A stretch of DNA of 50,900 nt, from assembly GCF_001194135.2 (NCBI RefSeq), contig NC_068981.1:107113042-107163941 (forward strand), written 5' to 3'. The notes below the pieces were generated by a model. That model did not search any database. It had not been told where the DNA came from and saw only the letters and a program-made list of their open reading frames with translations. Source of the DNA: Octopus bimaculoides (taxonomy: Eukaryota). How positions within the stretch are numbered: position 1 is the first letter of the stretch; each line of letters opens with the position of its first letter. Below are positions 49,311-50,900 of the stretch, in pieces. A program made the position numbers and the translations under genes.

Positions 49311-50282
49311 GTAAATTAAATGAATATCTTTGAAAGGAAGAAATTATTTATGTGTGACATGTATTATATAGTTTTGTACATATAATAAGGCTATTGTTTT
49401 CTGTATTCATATCAGAGGAAACTGGTATGGCCCTATGTTGGGAGGGGGAGTACCACAGACTGATTGGCATTGGCAATTTTGCACACATGGTGGACGTTCC
49501 CAATTATCTCTAGGTGTTGTTTATTTTCCCAGCCTATGAGTATTGTATGTTAAAAAGGGATAGAATTAATAGCTAAACTTTATGTATTTGTAAATAGAAC
49601 TGTACAAATATACACAATTTTAGTATTTGCTGCCTTAGTATCTCATTCTATTATATATGTAGAGATTTTAATTACTCCTTTCTTCAATGTGTTATTTTTA
49701 TACACTCATATATGTTTGAAAATTTTTAAGATAGTGAAAATTGAGTGTTAAAATATTTGAATTTCTGTCATTTGCCTTTTCTGAACAGCCCCACTACATG
49801 ATTCAGTACTGCTCATAGAGACAAAATGAAAAAAAAACTAAAATATTTTATTAAATAATTTTGTTATTAAAATAATTTATTCAAAAATGGACTTTAAAAA
49901 GCCATACCACAAAAAATTAAGCAAAAAATTTCATTTACGTAAAAATTGACAAAAATTTGAGAATTAAAATTGAATGTCTTTTTTTCTTAATGGATAAAGT
50001 TTTACAGAATCTTTAACATTTCTCTTTCATATTAATATCAATATAATAATTCTTAATCAAAATTAAAAGAATGGTGGAGATTCAAAATGTCAATGTTAGG
50101 CATTACTACCCATCAGTCAACCAGTTTGGTCTATACACTTTTTCTCTTAACTTTTGTTGTACTGCACCAGATTTTAAGTATTTTATATCTAATTGTACCT
50201 TATCACTAGTCAAACATAATTCAAAAAACTAAATTTGATTTTAATTAAAACTGAATTAGTGAGACTGCTTAGAAGACGCCAA

Positions 50283-50862
50283 CTGGTGGTGACGAAGGGC
50301 CTCTCGCTCAGAGTAAAAAGTAGACTGTTGAGGACATGCATAAGCTTGCAGGGAATGAAGCCAGTGTGCATACACGACAGTGTAAGTGCCCTGAGAGAAA
50401 AGTTGAACTTAAGAAGCATCAAATGTGGTGTGCAAGAGAGACGACTGCGCTGGTATAGTCATGTGTTGCAAATGGATGAGAACAGCTAGCAGTTGAGGGA
50501 ACCTGTGGAAGAGGTAGACCTGGGATGAGGTGGTGAAGCATAACCTTCGAACATTGGGCCTCACCAAGGCAATGACAAGTGACCAAAACCTTTGGAGATA
50601 TGCTGTGCTTGAGAAGACCCAGCAAGCCAAGTGAGGCCATAACCGTGGCCTATGCCAGTGTTGTATAACCCATGCCACCATTGGACAATAAACTACACTT
50701 ACAAAGATCTGTTGAGGCAAGTGAAATCCTTGTCGCAGCCAATGATAGTGCCACCTGATTGGCACCTATGCCAGTGGAGCGTTAAAAGCACCATTTGAGC
50801 GTGATCGTTGCCAGGGCTACTGGCTGGCTCCATGCCAGTTGCTCGTATAAAGCAACATTCGA
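50283..50862 (+). mobile_element. RTE-clade LINE fragment with internal deletions
   Basis: LVVTKGLSLRVKSRL...RRLRWYSHVLQMDE followed by part of the 3'UTR. Confidence 0.85.
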
Positions 50863-50863
50863 C

Positions 50864-50900
50864 CTATCTATCTATCTATCTATCTATCTATATATATATA
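50864..50900. repeat. (CTAT)n/(AT)n microsatellite
   Basis: Directly visible. Confidence 0.9.

Noticed and set aside
50200-50212. CTAGT as a possible Helitron 3' terminus
   Set aside because: No GC-rich hairpin upstream
41167-50900. Search for the next GALNT exon (VF..., lectin beta repeat) or a mutually exclusive copy of exon G
   Set aside because: No matching reading frame with splice sites seen by eye; the next exon is presumably beyond the window

Overview
AT-rich, microsatellite-rich eukaryotic (animal) genomic DNA with five N-gaps. The SINE/RTE repertoire suggests a cephalopod, probably Octopus (inference from recalled repeat sequences, not a database search). The only host gene is the middle of a + strand polypeptide N-acetylgalactosaminyltransferase of the GALNT1/GALNT13/pgant5 group. 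Seven GT-AG exons (105, 103, 171, 118, 181, 140, 99 nt; 917 nt total) join in one open frame, from the GT-A catalytic domain (DAH, WGGENLE, VGHVFRK) to the first ricin-lectin repeat (CLD...CHG.GGNQ). The gene start and end lie outside the window, and the ORF track misses most exons. The introns are filled with dead transposons: a Tc1-like element, three mariners, a Tigger/pogo, five copies of a young RTE LINE, older BovB-like and L2/Crack-like LINE remnants, a Helitron helicase fragment and several tRNA-SINE families. I found no new protein-coding system. The best leads are structural: a mariner built from two 5' ends, an RTE with a twin-priming-like inversion, a 112-bp locally templated insertion, inverted RTE copies bracketing an exon, an intron apparently absent from human GALNT1, a decayed hammerhead-like motif and a foldback element.
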